From Eledone cirrhosa (Eukaryota): a DNA stretch of 64,000 nucleotides. This document shows positions 31,436 to 45,882 of the stretch, in pieces. Below the pieces are notes generated by a model. It did no database searches. It was given only the letters and a program-made list of their open reading frames with translations, and was not told the origin of the DNA. Position 1 is the stretch's first letter. Each line of letters starts with the position of its first letter. The position numbers were made by a program, and so were the translations under genes. The stretch is taken from positions 10,726,001-10,790,000 of the forward strand of contig OZ024747.1 of the NCBI GenBank assembly GCA_964016885.1. Direction: 5' to 3'.

Positions 31436-32038
31436 TATACACATAGCTTGTGAAAGTGATATGGCGTCGCTATGAGGGAAAGTAAATGAAGATCAGAAAA
31501 GGTTATAATATTGATCTAAACATGGGCTCCAGTTCACAAATTTGAGGAGGGGGAGAGGGAGGGAGGAACGGTTCAATATATTCGTCTCCAGTACATTTAT
31601 TTTATCTATTCCGGCGAAAAATAATATTTATAAAAGAGACTAAAATCAGCCTGAGCGGGATTTGAACAGAGCAAACGGAGAGTGGATTTATATCAACACA
31701 GAGCAAAAGATGTTTTAAGTTCAACACAGCCCATTTAGGAAGGAGGAGGGGGGGGGGTTGTATTATCCGAGTAAATTACTGGTATTCACTATCACCGTAT
31801 GTGTAACATGTGTGTAGATGTAGTGTTGGAATACAGGCAGTGTGTAAGCTATCACTTATAGATCTCCATTATAATTCCATTTATATCTAAGATATATAAG
31901 AAAGCTATAAACTATTGACCCCTAATATTTGAATGGTACTTTATTGAACCCCAGAAGGAAGTAAGGCAAATTTGATCTCCCTAATAAAATTGCTGGCCTT
32001 GTGTTTAAATTGTTTAATAATATTATTTCTGAGTTGAA

Positions 32039-32306
32039 AGGCGGTGAATTGGCAGTATCGGTAGAGGGTCGGACGCCATGCTTTTGACGCATAGAGTTAC
32101 GACCCTTGCCATTTCTGAGTTCAAATCCCGTCGAGGTTAACTTTGCCTTTCATCCTTACGGGGTCGATAAAATACAGTACCAGTAATGTACTGATTAATT
32201 GCTGGCATTGTGCCAATAGTAGAAACAATTATTTCTGAGTTGAAATCCTGACGATGTCAACTTTGCCTTTTGTTCTTCCGGGGTCGACGAAATAAAATAC
32301 CAGTAA
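32039..32306 (+). mobile_element. Main SINE: full copy plus diverged partial copy
   Basis: Full copy at 32039-32232; a second partial copy starts at the B box. Confidence 0.88.
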
Positions 32307-32625
32307 TGACAGAACCTGGAGCAATGTTGAACCATGATTACGTAAAGGAGGTGGGGGGTGGAGAGGTGTCGTAAATAATAAACTGTGATAAAGTATAATG
32401 AACGCCACTTAATTAACTGCTAATTGCACTCAGTAAGCAATTTAGGAAGAACAAAAACAAAAATCATTTAAAAATAAAAAGAACATTTTCAAAATGTAAA
32501 AGAAACAAGTAGAGGAACCGACCTAACAATATTTTAGGTTCTGGCAGCAGATAATTTTCATAAATGCCGTTAGCTAAAGTTGTACGTTGTTCTGGGTATG
32601 ATTAGTGGAGAAATTTACTGAACAT

Positions 32626-33868
32626 TGATATAAATGTAGAGCTAGCTAATAACACGGTGTGGTGTAGAGAGAATGACATAAATGTAGACCTAGCTAATAA
32701 CAGTGTGGTGTAGACGTGATATAAATGTAGAGGTAGTTAATAACACGGTGTTGTGTGTGTGTGTAGAGAGAGAGAGTGATATAAATGTAGACCTAGCTAA
32801 TAACAGTGTGGTGTAGACACGATATAAATTTAGAACTAGCTAATAACACAGTGTAGTGTAGAGAGAATGATATAAATGTAGAGCTAGCTAATAACTGTGG
32901 TGTAAGCTATGATGATATAAATGTAGAGCTAGCTAATAACACTGGGTGGTGTAGACAGAGGGTGATATAAATGTAGACCTAGCTAATAACACGGTGTGGT
33001 GTAGAGAGAGTGATATAAATGTAGACCTAGCTAATAACACGGTGTGGTGTAGAGAGAGTGATATAAATGTAGACCTAGCTAATAACACGGTGTGGTGTAG
33101 AGAGAGTGATATAAATGTAGACCTGGCTAATAACACGGTGTGGTGTAGAGAGAGTGATATAATGTAGACCTAGCTAATAACACGGTGTGGTGTAGAGAGT
33201 GATATAAATGTAGACCTAGCTAAATACACGGTTTGGTGTAGAGAGAGAGAGTGATATAAATGTAGAGCTAGCTAATAACACGGTGTGGTGTGTAGAGAGA
33301 GTGATATAATGTAGACCTGGCTAATAACACGGTGTGGTGTAGAGAGAGTGATATAATGTAGACCTAGCTAATAACACGGTGTGGTGTAGAGAGAGTGATA
33401 TAATGTAGACCTAGCTAATAACACGGTGTGGTGTAGAGAGTGATATAATGTAGACCTAGCTAATAACACGGTGTGGTGTAGAGAGTGATATAAATGTAGA
33501 CCTAGCTAATAACACGGTGTGGTGTAGAGAGAGAGAGAGAGAGAGTGATATAAATGTAGACCTAGCTAATAACACGGTGTGGTGTAGAGAGAGTGATATA
33601 AATGTAGACCTAGCTAATAACACGGTGTGGTGTAGAGAGAGTGATATAAATGTAGACCTAGCTAATAACACGGTGTGGTGTAGAGAGAGTGATATAAATG
33701 TAGACCTAGCTAATAACACGGTGTGGTGTAGAGAGAGTGATATAAGTGTAGAGCTAATAACACAGTGTGGTGTAGAGAGAGTGATATAAATGTAGACCTA
33801 GCTAATAACACGGTGTGGTGTAGAGAGAGTGATATAAGTGTAGAGCTAATAACACAGTGTGGTGTAGA
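32626..33868. repeat. Minisatellite of about 48 bp, about 26 copies
   Basis: TGATATAAATGTAGACCTAGCTAATAACACGGTGTGGTGT(AG)n. Confidence 0.95.
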
Positions 33869-34121
33869 CAGAATGGCTGAGAGGATAAGATAAATATGAT
33901 AGAATCGATAAAATACCGGACAGCCTGACGAGGAGCACGAGACAGCTGTCCGCTATACAGTCACCTGGCAGAGCGTCAAGTCGGTGGCAACCGAGACATG
34001 AGTGTCAACCAACGGTGGGGGAGGGAAATCTACGTGGTCGCTCAATATAGCTAGAAATAACAACCAAATCTCTCCTCAGCTATACCCCAAATAAAGGCAG
34101 ACACTATGGGTAATATACCAA

Positions 34122-34305
34122 TAATTGTTTCTACTTTAGGCACAAGGCCAGCAATTAACCAGTACATTACTGGTACTTTATTTTATCGACCCCGTAAGGA
34201 TGAAAGGCAAAGTTAATCTCGGCGGGATTTGAACTCAGAATGTAAAGGGACGTAACTATGCTAGAAAGCATGGCGTCCAACCCTCTACCGATACTGCCAA
34301 TTCAT
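34122..34305 (-). mobile_element. Main SINE
   Basis: Near full-length match to the family. Confidence 0.9.
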
Positions 34306-34664
34306 ATACACAAATATGTCATCTTGTGTGACATATACACAATTGTTAGGGGAAGAGGGGGGGGGGGCTTCACAATTGGCTAGGGCGAGGTGTAATGACT
34401 TCTCTATCCTGTCCACTCGGGACCAACTGAACGGACTATCAGTGTGCAGTTAATACAGATCACACAGATATTTTGCAACCTGTCCTGCAATGTTCCAAAG
34501 TATACCACACTCGTGCTAATAATAAAGAAATGATTATGTTCACCGCCATTTCTTTTTTCCACGATGGGTTTTATACAATCTCTCATATATATATATGAGA
34601 ATAGAGTACCCAATGCCGAAGTAGAGTTTTAATAAAGGCTTACTCTGCAGTAACATGACTCACT

Positions 34665-35445
34665 ATTTAGCCTTAATAATTGTTTCTACTATTGGCACAA
34701 GGCCAGCAATTATCTCAGTGTATTACTGGTACTTTATTTTATCGACCCCGTAAAGATGAAAGGTAAAGTAAACCTCGGCGGGATTTGAACTCAGATCACA
34801 AAGGGAGGTAGCTATGCTGCAAAGCATGTCGATACTGCCATTTAGCCTTAATAATTGTTTCTATTGGCACAAGGCTAGCAATTATTCCAGTGTATTACTG
34901 GTACTTTATTTTATCGACCCCGTAAAGATGAAAGGTAAAGTAAACCTCGGCGGGATTTGAACTCAGATCACAAAGGGAGGTAGCTATGCTGCAAAGCATG
35001 TCGATACTGCCATTTAGCCTTAATAATTGTTTCTATTGGCACAAGGCTAGCAATTATTCCAGTGTATTACTGGTACTTTATTTTATTGACCCCGTAAGGA
35101 TGAAAGGCAAAGTTAACCTCGGCGGGATTTGAACTCAGATCATAAAGGGCCGCAACTCTATGCTGCAAAGCATGTTCTACCTACGTAGCTACATAACACC
35201 TCTCTCTATCTATCTTATATATACAGAGAGAAAGAAAGAGAGAAAGAGAGAGAGCGAGAGAGGGGGGAGGTGTGAGGAAGGGATGTTATGTGGATGTAGG
35301 TAGAACTGTCATATTTAGTTTTAAAATAATTGTTTCTACTTTTTGGCACAAGGCCAACAATTACCCAGTGCATTACTGGTACTTTATTTTATCGACCCCG
35401 TAAGGATGAAAGGCAAAGTTAACCTCGGCGGGATTTGAACTCATT
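34665..35445 (-). mobile_element. Tandem triplication of a SINE plus a fourth partial copy
   Basis: Units of about 172 bp, each led by ATTTAGCCTTAATAAT. The partial copy at 35326-35442 is flanked by the direct repeat ATTTAGTTTTAAAATAAT. Confidence 0.88.
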
Positions 35446-35551
35446 TAGTTTTAAAATAATGATAAATAAATCCATGAGAAACTCTGAGTAACAACGAAGT
35501 GAACCATCAACTTCAAATGAATAAAAATTCTCAATGATATAAACCAAACAC

Positions 35552-35582
<31 letters not shown>

Positions 35583-35765
35583 CTCACACATCAAACACTG
35601 TATATGTATATATATATATATATATACTCACACACAAACACTTTATATACACATATATATATATATATACTCACACACAAACACTGTATATACACATATA
35701 TATATATATACTCACACACAAACACTGTATATATACATATATATATATACTCACACATCAAACAC

Positions 35766-35820
<55 letters not shown>

Positions 35821-37201
35821 TCATACATACACACTATATATATATATATATACTCCCACACAAACATTATATATATATATATATAAACAAAAGCATAAAT
35901 AGTAGTTGTATTAATAGTAGTTGTATTAATAGTAGTTGTATTAATAGCGTGGAGGTTGTGGTGGTGGGGGTTGTGAACTTGCACCGAAATGACACTTCAC
36001 TCTAGCAAAAAGGCGAACGAGTTGAATGGACGGAGAGAAAATAAGACAGTATGGGGGAAAGAGGGAGAGAGGGGAGGGGGGGAGAGAGGGGAGGGGGGGA
36101 GACGAAGGGGAGGGGGAGAGGGTATAAATCTTGGCGATGCCCAAACTTGTTCATTATGTCTTGATAAAAGGAAAACACATTGAAAAACGGTGTGGTCAGT
36201 GTATGAGGGAGGTGGGATGTGAAGGGGAGGTTGTTTTAGGGTGGATCCACTTCATGGGGTGGAGGCATGTATGAATGGGAACTCTTTATAATACGGGATT
36301 CGAGTAAGGCGCCATCTACAAGCTGATATGATCCGCTAACCAAATCTAGATATCTCCAAAACCACACCCAACTATCTTAAAAACTGGAAACATTGCCTGA
36401 TGATATAAACCCAGATAGACTTAGTAAATACATATGGTAAAAACCATGGCTTTTACTCGACAACAATGAATATATACACACACATATATGTGTGTGTATA
36501 AAAAATAAACAGAAATAAACCAAACATAGTACATTAAAGAAATATGTTAGTTTAACGCTTGAAATAACAGAAGTCTTGACGTTTAGGATACTAGTCCTTC
36601 AGAATTAGAATATATTATATAGGTAAACAGTAAAAGTGAAAAAGCACAGGGGTATATTTAAAGATTATTCTTTTTTAAATTTAATCCGACAGAATGAATA
36701 ATTTTATAATTGTTACATTAAATGGATTTAAATTTTGTCAAATATTAATCGATTATCGGACCTAATTTGGACCTTCACCAGACGGCGTATATATCATCCC
36801 GACAGTCATTTCTGGATCAAGTATATTCTTTGTATTTGCCGTAATTCCTTTCATTGATTAACTAATTTTGCAATCTGCACCCGATGACGTCGCCAAAGTC
36901 TTGCGTCATTATCGGATGGTGTGTACATTGAAATATGTAGTGTTTTTTGCAACACTAAACCTTAACTTTAAAGGGATATTCCCAGTCCGGCCTTTATATA
37001 TATATAATTTATTATAGAAGGCTTTTACAGGACTAGAACTGTTTCATTCGAAAGGAAGATTTCTTTCGAATGAAACAGTTCTAATCCCGTAGAAGCCCTT
37101 TCTACATAAAATTTGATTGTTTACACTCTACTAATGTATTGAGTACCTTACTTAGTGTATTTAACCCCGATTGAACCCGGGACTCACACACGCATGTATA
37201 T

Positions 37202-37235
<34 letters not shown>

Positions 37236-37521
37236 ATATATATATATATACATATTATAGGAAGTTTCTGTCTGAAGCTTCCGGTTACACATGCAATAAA
37301 AAAAAAATAAAAAGAAAAACAAGAACACTTCCTGTTCGTTTGAGTCTCTTATACGATCGAATATAAACATGCATTTTCTACATGTCTCTCTTTCGATTTG
37401 GTTACATACATGTTAAAACGTCTGTATGTATTTAGATATCTGTGAATGTATGTATATTTACGTAACAGTATACTTAAAATTAGTGTCTGTGCGTCAAAGT
37501 CTGTGGTTATCTAGAAATAAC

Positions 37522-37552
<31 letters not shown>

Positions 37553-37618
37553 GTGAGGTTTTTTTTACAAAATGAAAAATAACCGACGTGTCCTACACGA
37601 GTGAAAGTATATATAAAA

Positions 37619-37893
37619 AAAGATGAAATCGAAAATGCAACTGGAGTCTTATTTTTTTAAAAATATATATATTTGTTTGGTTCCTTTACCGGTTTCGCAG
37701 TTCTTCTGCTTTTCAAAAGTAGAGTTGAGATGGAGGGTCTGTGGTTTTTCTCACATCAGATGTGAGAAAAACCACAGACCCTCCATCTCAACTCTACTTT
37801 TGAAAAGCAGAAGAACTGCGAAACCGGTAAAGGAACCAAACAAATATATATATTTAAAAAAAAATAAGACTCCAGTTGCATTTTCGATTTCAT

Positions 37894-37897
<4 letters not shown>
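37619..37897. repeat. Near-perfect palindrome: 139-bp arms, 1-nt loop
   Basis: Centre at 37758 (TCACATC-A-GATGTGA); about 2 mismatches, in an A/T run. Confidence 0.95.
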
Positions 37898-37936
<39 letters not shown>

Positions 37937-38617
37937 TATCTCGGGTTCAATCGGGGGTAACCACAGTAACTAAGGTACTCAATACATAGAGTATAAATAT
38001 TTAATATAGAAATGGCTTCTACAGGACTAGAACTGTTTCATTCGGAGGAAATCATCATTCCTCCGAATGAAACAGTTCTAGTCCTGTAGAAGCCATTTCT
38101 ATATTATATATATGTGTGTGTGTGTGTATGATGTGTGTGCAATAAAAATGCACACACGGCACGATTCGGGAGCACACATATATATATATAAATATATATA
38201 TATAGTTCAAGAAATGCCAAGTAAAACAGAGATGTAAAGACAGTCATATTAGTATCAGGCTTAAGATGAAATAGAAGAATATGTGTATATATACTATATA
38301 TCTAACTCATGCTAGTGTGGAAAAATGGACGTTAAACGGTGATGATTTACACACACACACAGTCTGTTTATGTTTATGTGCTAGTATGTCTGTGTATATC
38401 ACTGTCTATGCATGATAATAAATTTGTGTGTCACTATTTCTGTATATTTATAAAAGTAAAGTGTGTTTGTATATTTATATCCTAACATTGTTTATAAAAT
38501 CTTCGAGAAATAAAATTTGGTAATCCTTCGTTTTAAGATCATAAAGGAATTGTTGGTATGTTCTGTGAGGAGACTCATATCCCCCCACCTAACCCACCCA
38601 ATTTTATTATCATAACC

Positions 38618-38656
<39 letters not shown>

Positions 38657-38657
<1 letters not shown>

Positions 38658-39065
38658 GACATCTTTCTCTCCGGCCAACAACTGATTCTTTTTTTCAAAT
38701 ACCACTTTGGAAGAAGAATCAGGATGGAGAGAGAGGTGCTGTACCCCAGCAAGTTTTATGAAAGGTGGGTGAAAGTGGCGAGAATGGCCCGAGTGAATGG
38801 GCTTTCTCTCTATATCAGCCTGTAGGTTGAGGAAAAGGAGGAGGAGAGGAAAGGCGTACAAACTCTTCGTACTCCTGGAGATGAGGGTTGCACATTTTTT
38901 CGGGGGTATGTGTTACCCATATGAACTGTCTCCCCCTATTGGGGAAAATCGACTAATTTTTAAATTGCATTTGTGATAATATTTTACACGTTTTTATTGT
39001 ATGTAAACTTCCCCCTTTGTATTTGTCCCCTTCTTTTGTGCCCCTGTGGCTAATAAAGAAACATA
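38657..39065 (+). mobile_element. Probable Tx1/L1-like LINE 3-prime end next to (ATCT)n
   Basis: FLSGQQLILFFKYH(fs)RIRMEREVLYPSKFYERWVKVARMARVNG, followed by a T-rich UTR with AATAAA near 39052; ATCT repeats flank both sides. The clade assignment is from recalled similarity. Confidence 0.55.
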
Positions 39066-39855
39066 TCTATTTATCTATATATATAATATGCCTAAGGAGT
39101 GAGTCTTCTTATACTGCAGTTTCACCTGTACACTCGCAGGATCAATGTAGGATTTGTCCTGTACTTCGTTGAGCGGCCAGTTTTGAAACGGCTCCATTAC
39201 ACGGTGGTGGCCATAACTCCACCCCGAACCCTAAGATCGCGCATACATGCTAAGTGTATGACATTTTAATTATACTAAGTGTGTGTCTGTGTGTGTGTGT
39301 GTGTGTATATCTCAGGATGGATTCAGTTTGAAACTAGTTAGATCAATACTCAACAGAGTACTCAATACTTAGAATATGGCTATATTATACAGTGTCGGGA
39401 CCCCATTTCAACAGCTAGTTCCAGAGTTCGGCCGTCGGGGTCCCAACTCTATAATACATACATACACACACATACACGTATATACACATACATATATATA
39501 TATACACATATATACATACATATATATATATACATATATACATACACATATATATATATATATACATACATATATATGTATGTATATATATATATACTGC
39601 ACACACTTCATAAATTTCTTAAGAACTCATATTTTGAAGACATATATTCCGAATGTGTGCATTAAGATTATGATAACATTTTCTAAAATATTGTTATTTT
39701 CTCTAACGGAAGTTACCGGAAGTACCCGTCTGGATTTTTATCATTTCTGCCTTTTTATTTAGCCATCTATTTTTCCATCGACCACCTATATGTCTGTCCA
39801 TCTCTCTATCTAATCTTCCCTCTATGTATATGTCTGTATGCTTTTCTATATATAA

Positions 39856-39906
<51 letters not shown>

Positions 39907-40060
39907 ATGTGTGTGTGTGTATCGCTTCAATGATTGTATAAAGAAAATAGATAGAATGAAAGATATATGTGGGAAATAGATAGAGATAGGGGCGATGTAG
40001 AATTAGCGAGAAAGAGTGAAAAAAAATGATCGATGAGAATTTAGATTGAATGAGATAGGA

Positions 40061-40143
<83 letters not shown>

Positions 40144-40590
40144 CTTGAGAGAGAATTAGAGAGAAAAAAGGGATAGACAGCTAGGCAAAGGCCAGTACAA
40201 CTGACCAGAAAAATAGAAAGAACTAGAGAAGGAGAGATGAGAAAAATATTGGGGAGAGATAAAATTATTTAACAGAGAAAGACAGAGATATATACTAGAC
40301 AGAGAGGGGGGTAGGGGATATTAGAGAGAGAGGGAGAGAGAAAGAGAGGGATAGAGGAGTGTAGAGACCGACAGACATATATAGGAAAATACGGAGAGAT
40401 GATTAGAATAGAGAGACTGAAACAAATAGAGAGAATAGATAGACAGAGAGAAAGAGAGAATCAAACAGACGGAATAGAGAGATAGATAGAGACGGTGGGA
40501 GAGAATAGACAGAGAGGCTGTCTGAGGGGAGAGAGAGTTGAGAGAGGCAAATAGACTGAGACGGTGGGAGAGAGAGAGAGAGAGAAACAA

Positions 40591-40624
<34 letters not shown>

Positions 40625-40957
40625 AGTAAGTACGTATATGTCAATGACTGTGTGTATGTGATGACGGCGTGAAAGAAGCTATGTGCGTGTGCATGTTTCT
40701 GTGTGTAAGTGCGTGCGTGTGTATGCGTATGTGTCTGTTAGTAAGTGTGTGTCTGTGTATGTGTGTTAAGCTGGCAGACGGAAGAAGTGGAAAGCAGACA
40801 ACAACACTTGGCGTCGCCTTGTCGCCGCTATGTCTGACACACGTCGCCAGCCACCACCTCATTCCTTTCACCACCACTATCCCTTCCACTCCGACACACC
40901 ACTAACGCCACGAACGGTGAATGGCTCTTTGCTGGAGTCTAGAGGGTGTACATATAC

Positions 40958-41011
<54 letters not shown>

Positions 41012-41372
41012 GTGTATATATATATATATATATTTATGTGTATATATATTTAGTTTAATAGAGTTCGTGTGTTATATGTTATACGCGTTTGACTCAATAC
41101 CCACAGAAGGTAGCCATCCCGTAAGTAAGGCAATATTTAAACAGTTTGTTTAAATGTTGCCTTAATTATAGAACACATTGGGTGTACAACAGAACTGAAG
41201 AGAGATAGATAGCTGTGTTGAGTCTACACAGTACTGTGTTGAATTGACTTCGCATGTGTGAATTTTTAGAAAACTGCTGATACCTTTGTGTGTGTGTGTG
41301 TGTGAATATGGATAATGCAAAGTGGATATGGTAGTAACAGTACATATGTGTATGTATGTGTATATATATATA

Positions 41373-41438
<66 letters not shown>

Positions 41439-42171
41439 AGAGAGAGAGAGAACATAATTTGACTGTATACAGCTGATCGTTGCATACAAGCAGCTGGTAC
41501 TATATATATATATATATATATATATACAGTACGGTGCGTGCGTGTTTATGCACATACACTCCGTGCTTTACGTAAATAAATATATATATATATATATAAA
41601 ATATTAAACAAATAATGAACAAACAATTCCTTATATTAAACAAAAAAAGTTCACTATTTAACGATCGTTTCTAGGGTACATATGTGTTATAAATGGTATG
41701 CATATTTAACAGATCTATGTACAAAATTATACAAAATTATACAAATTATCAAGATTAAATATACATACCTAACTCATATATACGCCGTCTTCAGAAATAT
41801 ATATATATATATAGGTAGCAGAGTATATAGATAGTTCTGTTGGTTTGTATATATGTATAGATCTACCAGAAAATGTGTTTATGAAGAGAGAGAGAGAGAG
41901 AGAGCAGGTTGTTGTTTAAAACCAAGCCAGCTCCGGTCCAACAGAGATGTTTATGCCATGACCAAGCTGTAATGTAAATTGGGGTTAAAGGAAGATATGG
42001 CTGCTATTTCTAACAAGTAAAGCGACTACATAGCGTCTCGTTCCCTAGTTGGCTAGGTTAGAGCATGTGTATATTAGAGCTAGTTGTGTCTGGGTGTATA
42101 AAAACATAGTCAGCTTGTATAGAATAATTGTCTATATTTATAGAACTTGACAGTGCATGAACATACATAGG

Positions 42172-43002
42172 GAAGTTGTGTATATATTTAGCATGTGTGT
42201 ATATATACATACTATAGTATACAGAGGGAGGTTGTATATATATTTAGCTTGTGCATGTGTGTATATATACACACTATAATATACAGCGGTAGGTTGTGTA
42301 TATATTTAGCTTGTGCATGTGTGTATATACACACACTATAATATACAGCGGTAGGTTGTGTATATATTTAGCTTGTGCATGTGTGTATATACACACACTA
42401 TAATATACAGCGGTAGGTTGTGTATATATTTAGCTTGTGCATGTGTGTATATACACACACTATAATATACAGCGGTAGGTTGTGTATATATTTAGCTTGT
42501 GCATGTGTATACAGAAACTATAATACCCTATAATACCCATCTATTGTTGGAAGGGTACCACCAGGTATTAAATACCCAACATGTCCTGTGGGAGCGGTAC
42601 CACCAGGTATTAAATACCCAACATGTCCTGTGGGAGGGGTACCACCAGGTATTAAATAGCCATCTATTGTGGGAAGGGTACCACCAGGTTTGAAATACCC
42701 AACATGTCTTGTGGGAGGGGTACCTCCAGGTATTAAATACCCAACATGTCCTGTGGGAGGGGTACCACCAGGTTTTAAATACCCAACATGTCCTGTGGGA
42801 GCGGTACCACCAGGTTTTAAATACCCAACATGTCTTGTGGGAGCGGTACCACCAGGTATTAAATACCCAACATGTCCTGTGGGAGGGGTACCACCAGGTT
42901 TTAAATACCCAACATGTCTTGTGGGAGGGGTACCTCCAGGTATTAAATAGCCATCTATTGTGGGAAGGGTACCACCAGGTTTGAAATACCCAACATGTCC
43001 TG
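42172..43002. repeat. Two adjacent minisatellites (about 62-bp units and 42/39-bp units)
   Basis: GGTTGTGTATATATTTAGCTTGTGCATG... about 5 copies to 42510, then GGTACCACCAGGTATTAAATACCCAACATGTCCTGTGGGAG about 11 copies. Confidence 0.93.
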
Positions 43003-43225
43003 TTGGTAGGTAGCCTAGTCTATGATAGAGTGTTGTCTAAAACGACACACAATGGGATCGAACCTGATATCACGTGGTTACCAAACGAAATACTGTATGT
43101 GATTCAGTGAATTACTGTGGGTGGTACCAAAACAAGCACTCTATGGACAGAAAGGGTGCATATATTAATAAGAACCATGAAGTTTCGCGTAACAGGTCCT
43201 ATACACAATAAAAATCTAAATACAT

Positions 43226-43445
43226 GTGAAGGCGTGTGGCTGAGTGGTTAGAGAATTGGATTCGCAATCGTGAGGTTGTGAGTGAATTCGTTTCCCTGAC
43301 CGGGCGATGCGTTATGTCCTTGAGCAAGACACTTTATTTCCCGTTGCTCCTTCTACCTGGAGTTGCGACCGATAGATAGTATTAGCAATTGGAAAGACCA
43401 ATGGAAGCATTGTTTCCTCGGCCCGATTTGACGAAAGTCGATCGT
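43226..43445 (+). mobile_element. Second tRNA-derived SINE family (CORE-like)
   Basis: A box TGGCTGAGTGG, degenerate B box and CORE-like GTCCTTGAGCAAGACACTT. An inverted sister copy lies at 43950-44130. Confidence 0.8.
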
Positions 43446-43949
43446 TCCTTATTACATGTAAACGAAACTTCACCATTCTTTATATCATCATCATCACCCA
43501 CCGTTTTACGTTCGTTCTTCCACGCTAGCATGGGCTAGACGGGTTGTCCTGTTGTGGGCAGTGTCCGGTCAGCTGACCCTGCTCATACGGGAACTGATTC
43601 TGGCTTGATTTCTACAGCTGGATGCCCTTCCTAACACCAACCTCATTTACAGTGAGTGCTGGGTGCTTTTTTTCCGTGGTGCCTACACGTCCACTTTACA
43701 GTGTGGGCTGCGTGCTTTTTTGCCGTGGCACCTCCACGACCACTTTGCAGTGGGAGGGGGTGGGGGCATATTGTCTATATGCTTCAGCTTATATATATAT
43801 ATATAACGAAGGAAGTGTGGTAAGGAACCAGGTGGACAATAACGCACCAGAGTACTCGATACTGTGGGTAGTAGAGTGAGAACTAGCTGTCGAAATAGCC
43901 GGAGCTCAGCCGCCGGGGTCTTGATTCTTTTCCTATATATAAAGGATCA

Positions 43950-44130
43950 ATTGACTTTCGTCAAATCGGACCGAGGAAGCAATGTTTCCGTTGGTCTTTC
44001 CAGTTGCTAATACTATCTATCGGTCGCAACTCCAGGTAGAAGGAGCAACGTGAAATAAAGTGTCTTGCTCAAGGACATAACGCATCGCCCGGTCCAGGAA
44101 TCGAACCGACAACCTCAAGATTGTGAGTTC
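43950..44130 (-). mobile_element. CORE-like SINE, inverted copy
   Basis: Reverse complement of 43260-43440, with B box GGTTCGATTCC. Confidence 0.8.
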
Positions 44131-45586
44131 GATATATATATATATATACACACAGTACATATGAAGACACGATCGACCACCCTACTAGGCGGAACATCAG
44201 CCAAATTAGCACATCAGATCTAACTCTACTCTGTTAAAAACAGGTTCTATTCAAGTAAAAAATAGCTACTATTCGAGACATTGTGTCTGAAAACAAATAT
44301 AGATAGGACAGGACGGTCACGGATGGAACGCTTTTCGTTATAATCTGCTGAATCAAAATTGTGCTGCTGCTGTGTGTGTGTGTGTCTGTGTGTGTATGTA
44401 TATATATATATATATATATATAGGAAAAAGTATGACCCCGACGGCAGAGCTCAAGCCGTTTCGACGGCTATTTCCATCTGGTTCCTTACCACAATTCCTT
44501 TGTTATATATACACAGGATACTAATGTAGACCGATATTCCTGCTACTAGTTGTATTAGCATAGCTCTACCATTAACTCAAATACCATCATCATCAACAAC
44601 AGTACACATACACTGCTAGAAACACCAGCCATGACCCTCCTAAATATACCAGGAATTTCTATAGAGATATTCAACTTGCTAGAAACAACAGCTAAGACCA
44701 TTGAAATAACAGCCTCTCCAAAATATAGCAGGAGTTCCTATACAGACATTCAACCTGCTAAAAAACAACATAGCAGGAGAGTTTCTATAGAGTCATTGAA
44801 CCTGCTAGAAATAGCAGCCAAGACCATTAACTACAGGAAGAACACATTTGTCGCTGTAATTCTCGATATAGAAATAAAAAATATATAAATTAAAGCCGGA
44901 TTGTCATATTTGACATGGCTATTAAACTACAACTACTAGACAACAGTTGTATCATTATAATGTTCTGTTGAAAGTCTGCTACTTTCCTCTACAAGTACAA
45001 TTGGTGCTGGTGAAAATTGTAGACTGAAGGGACAAGTAAAATGGCTACTGTTCATGTGTGTTTGTGTGTGAGAGGGAAATGGTGTGTGTGCGTGTTTGTG
45101 TGTTTGTGTATGCGAGAGAGAGAGATGGTGTGTGTGTGTGTGTGTGTGTGTGTTTGTGTATGCGAGAGAGAGTGTGTTTGTGTGTGAGAGGGAAATGGTG
45201 TGTGTGCGTGTTTGTGTATGCGAGAGAGAGAGAGATGGTGTGTGTGTGTGTGTGTGTGTTTGTGTATGCGAGAGAGAGTGTGTTTGTGTGTGAGAGGGAA
45301 ATGGTGTGCGTGCGTGTTTGTGTATGCGAGAGAGAGAGATGGGGTGTGTGTGTGTGTGTTTGTGTATGCGAGAGAGAGAGAGATGGTGTGTGTGTGTGTG
45401 TATTTGTGTATGCGAGAGAGAGTGTGTTAGTGTGTGAGAGAGAAATGGTGTGCGTGCGTGTTTGAGTATGCGAGAGAGAGGGAGATGGGGTGTGTGTGTG
45501 TGTGTTTGTGTATGCGAGAGAGAGTGTGTTAGTGTGTGAGAGAGAAATGGTGTGCGTGCGTGTTTGTGTATGCGAGAGAGAGAGAT

Positions 45587-45622
<36 letters not shown>

Positions 45623-45691
45623 CACACACACATCACAAAGATAAGCCAAACTGTTACGGCGGCTTATAGAGAAATATTTGCGGACGTAGTC

Positions 45692-45758
<67 letters not shown>

Positions 45759-45842
45759 GTGTGTGTATGTGTTTTGCAAGTGTTTACTATGTCCATGTTC
45801 TATCGGGTGAATAAAATGTGGTATGGTAAATAAACATATACA

Positions 45843-45882
<40 letters not shown>

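Noticed and set aside
32626-33868. Regular arrays as possible CRISPR (also 5842, 18757, 21479, 42530)
   Set aside because: Units are head to tail with no unique spacers, there are no cas genes, and the context is eukaryotic.
43226-43300. tRNA gene
   Set aside because: The A/B boxes belong to a SINE head; I could not fold a full cloverleaf. The same holds for the main SINE heads.
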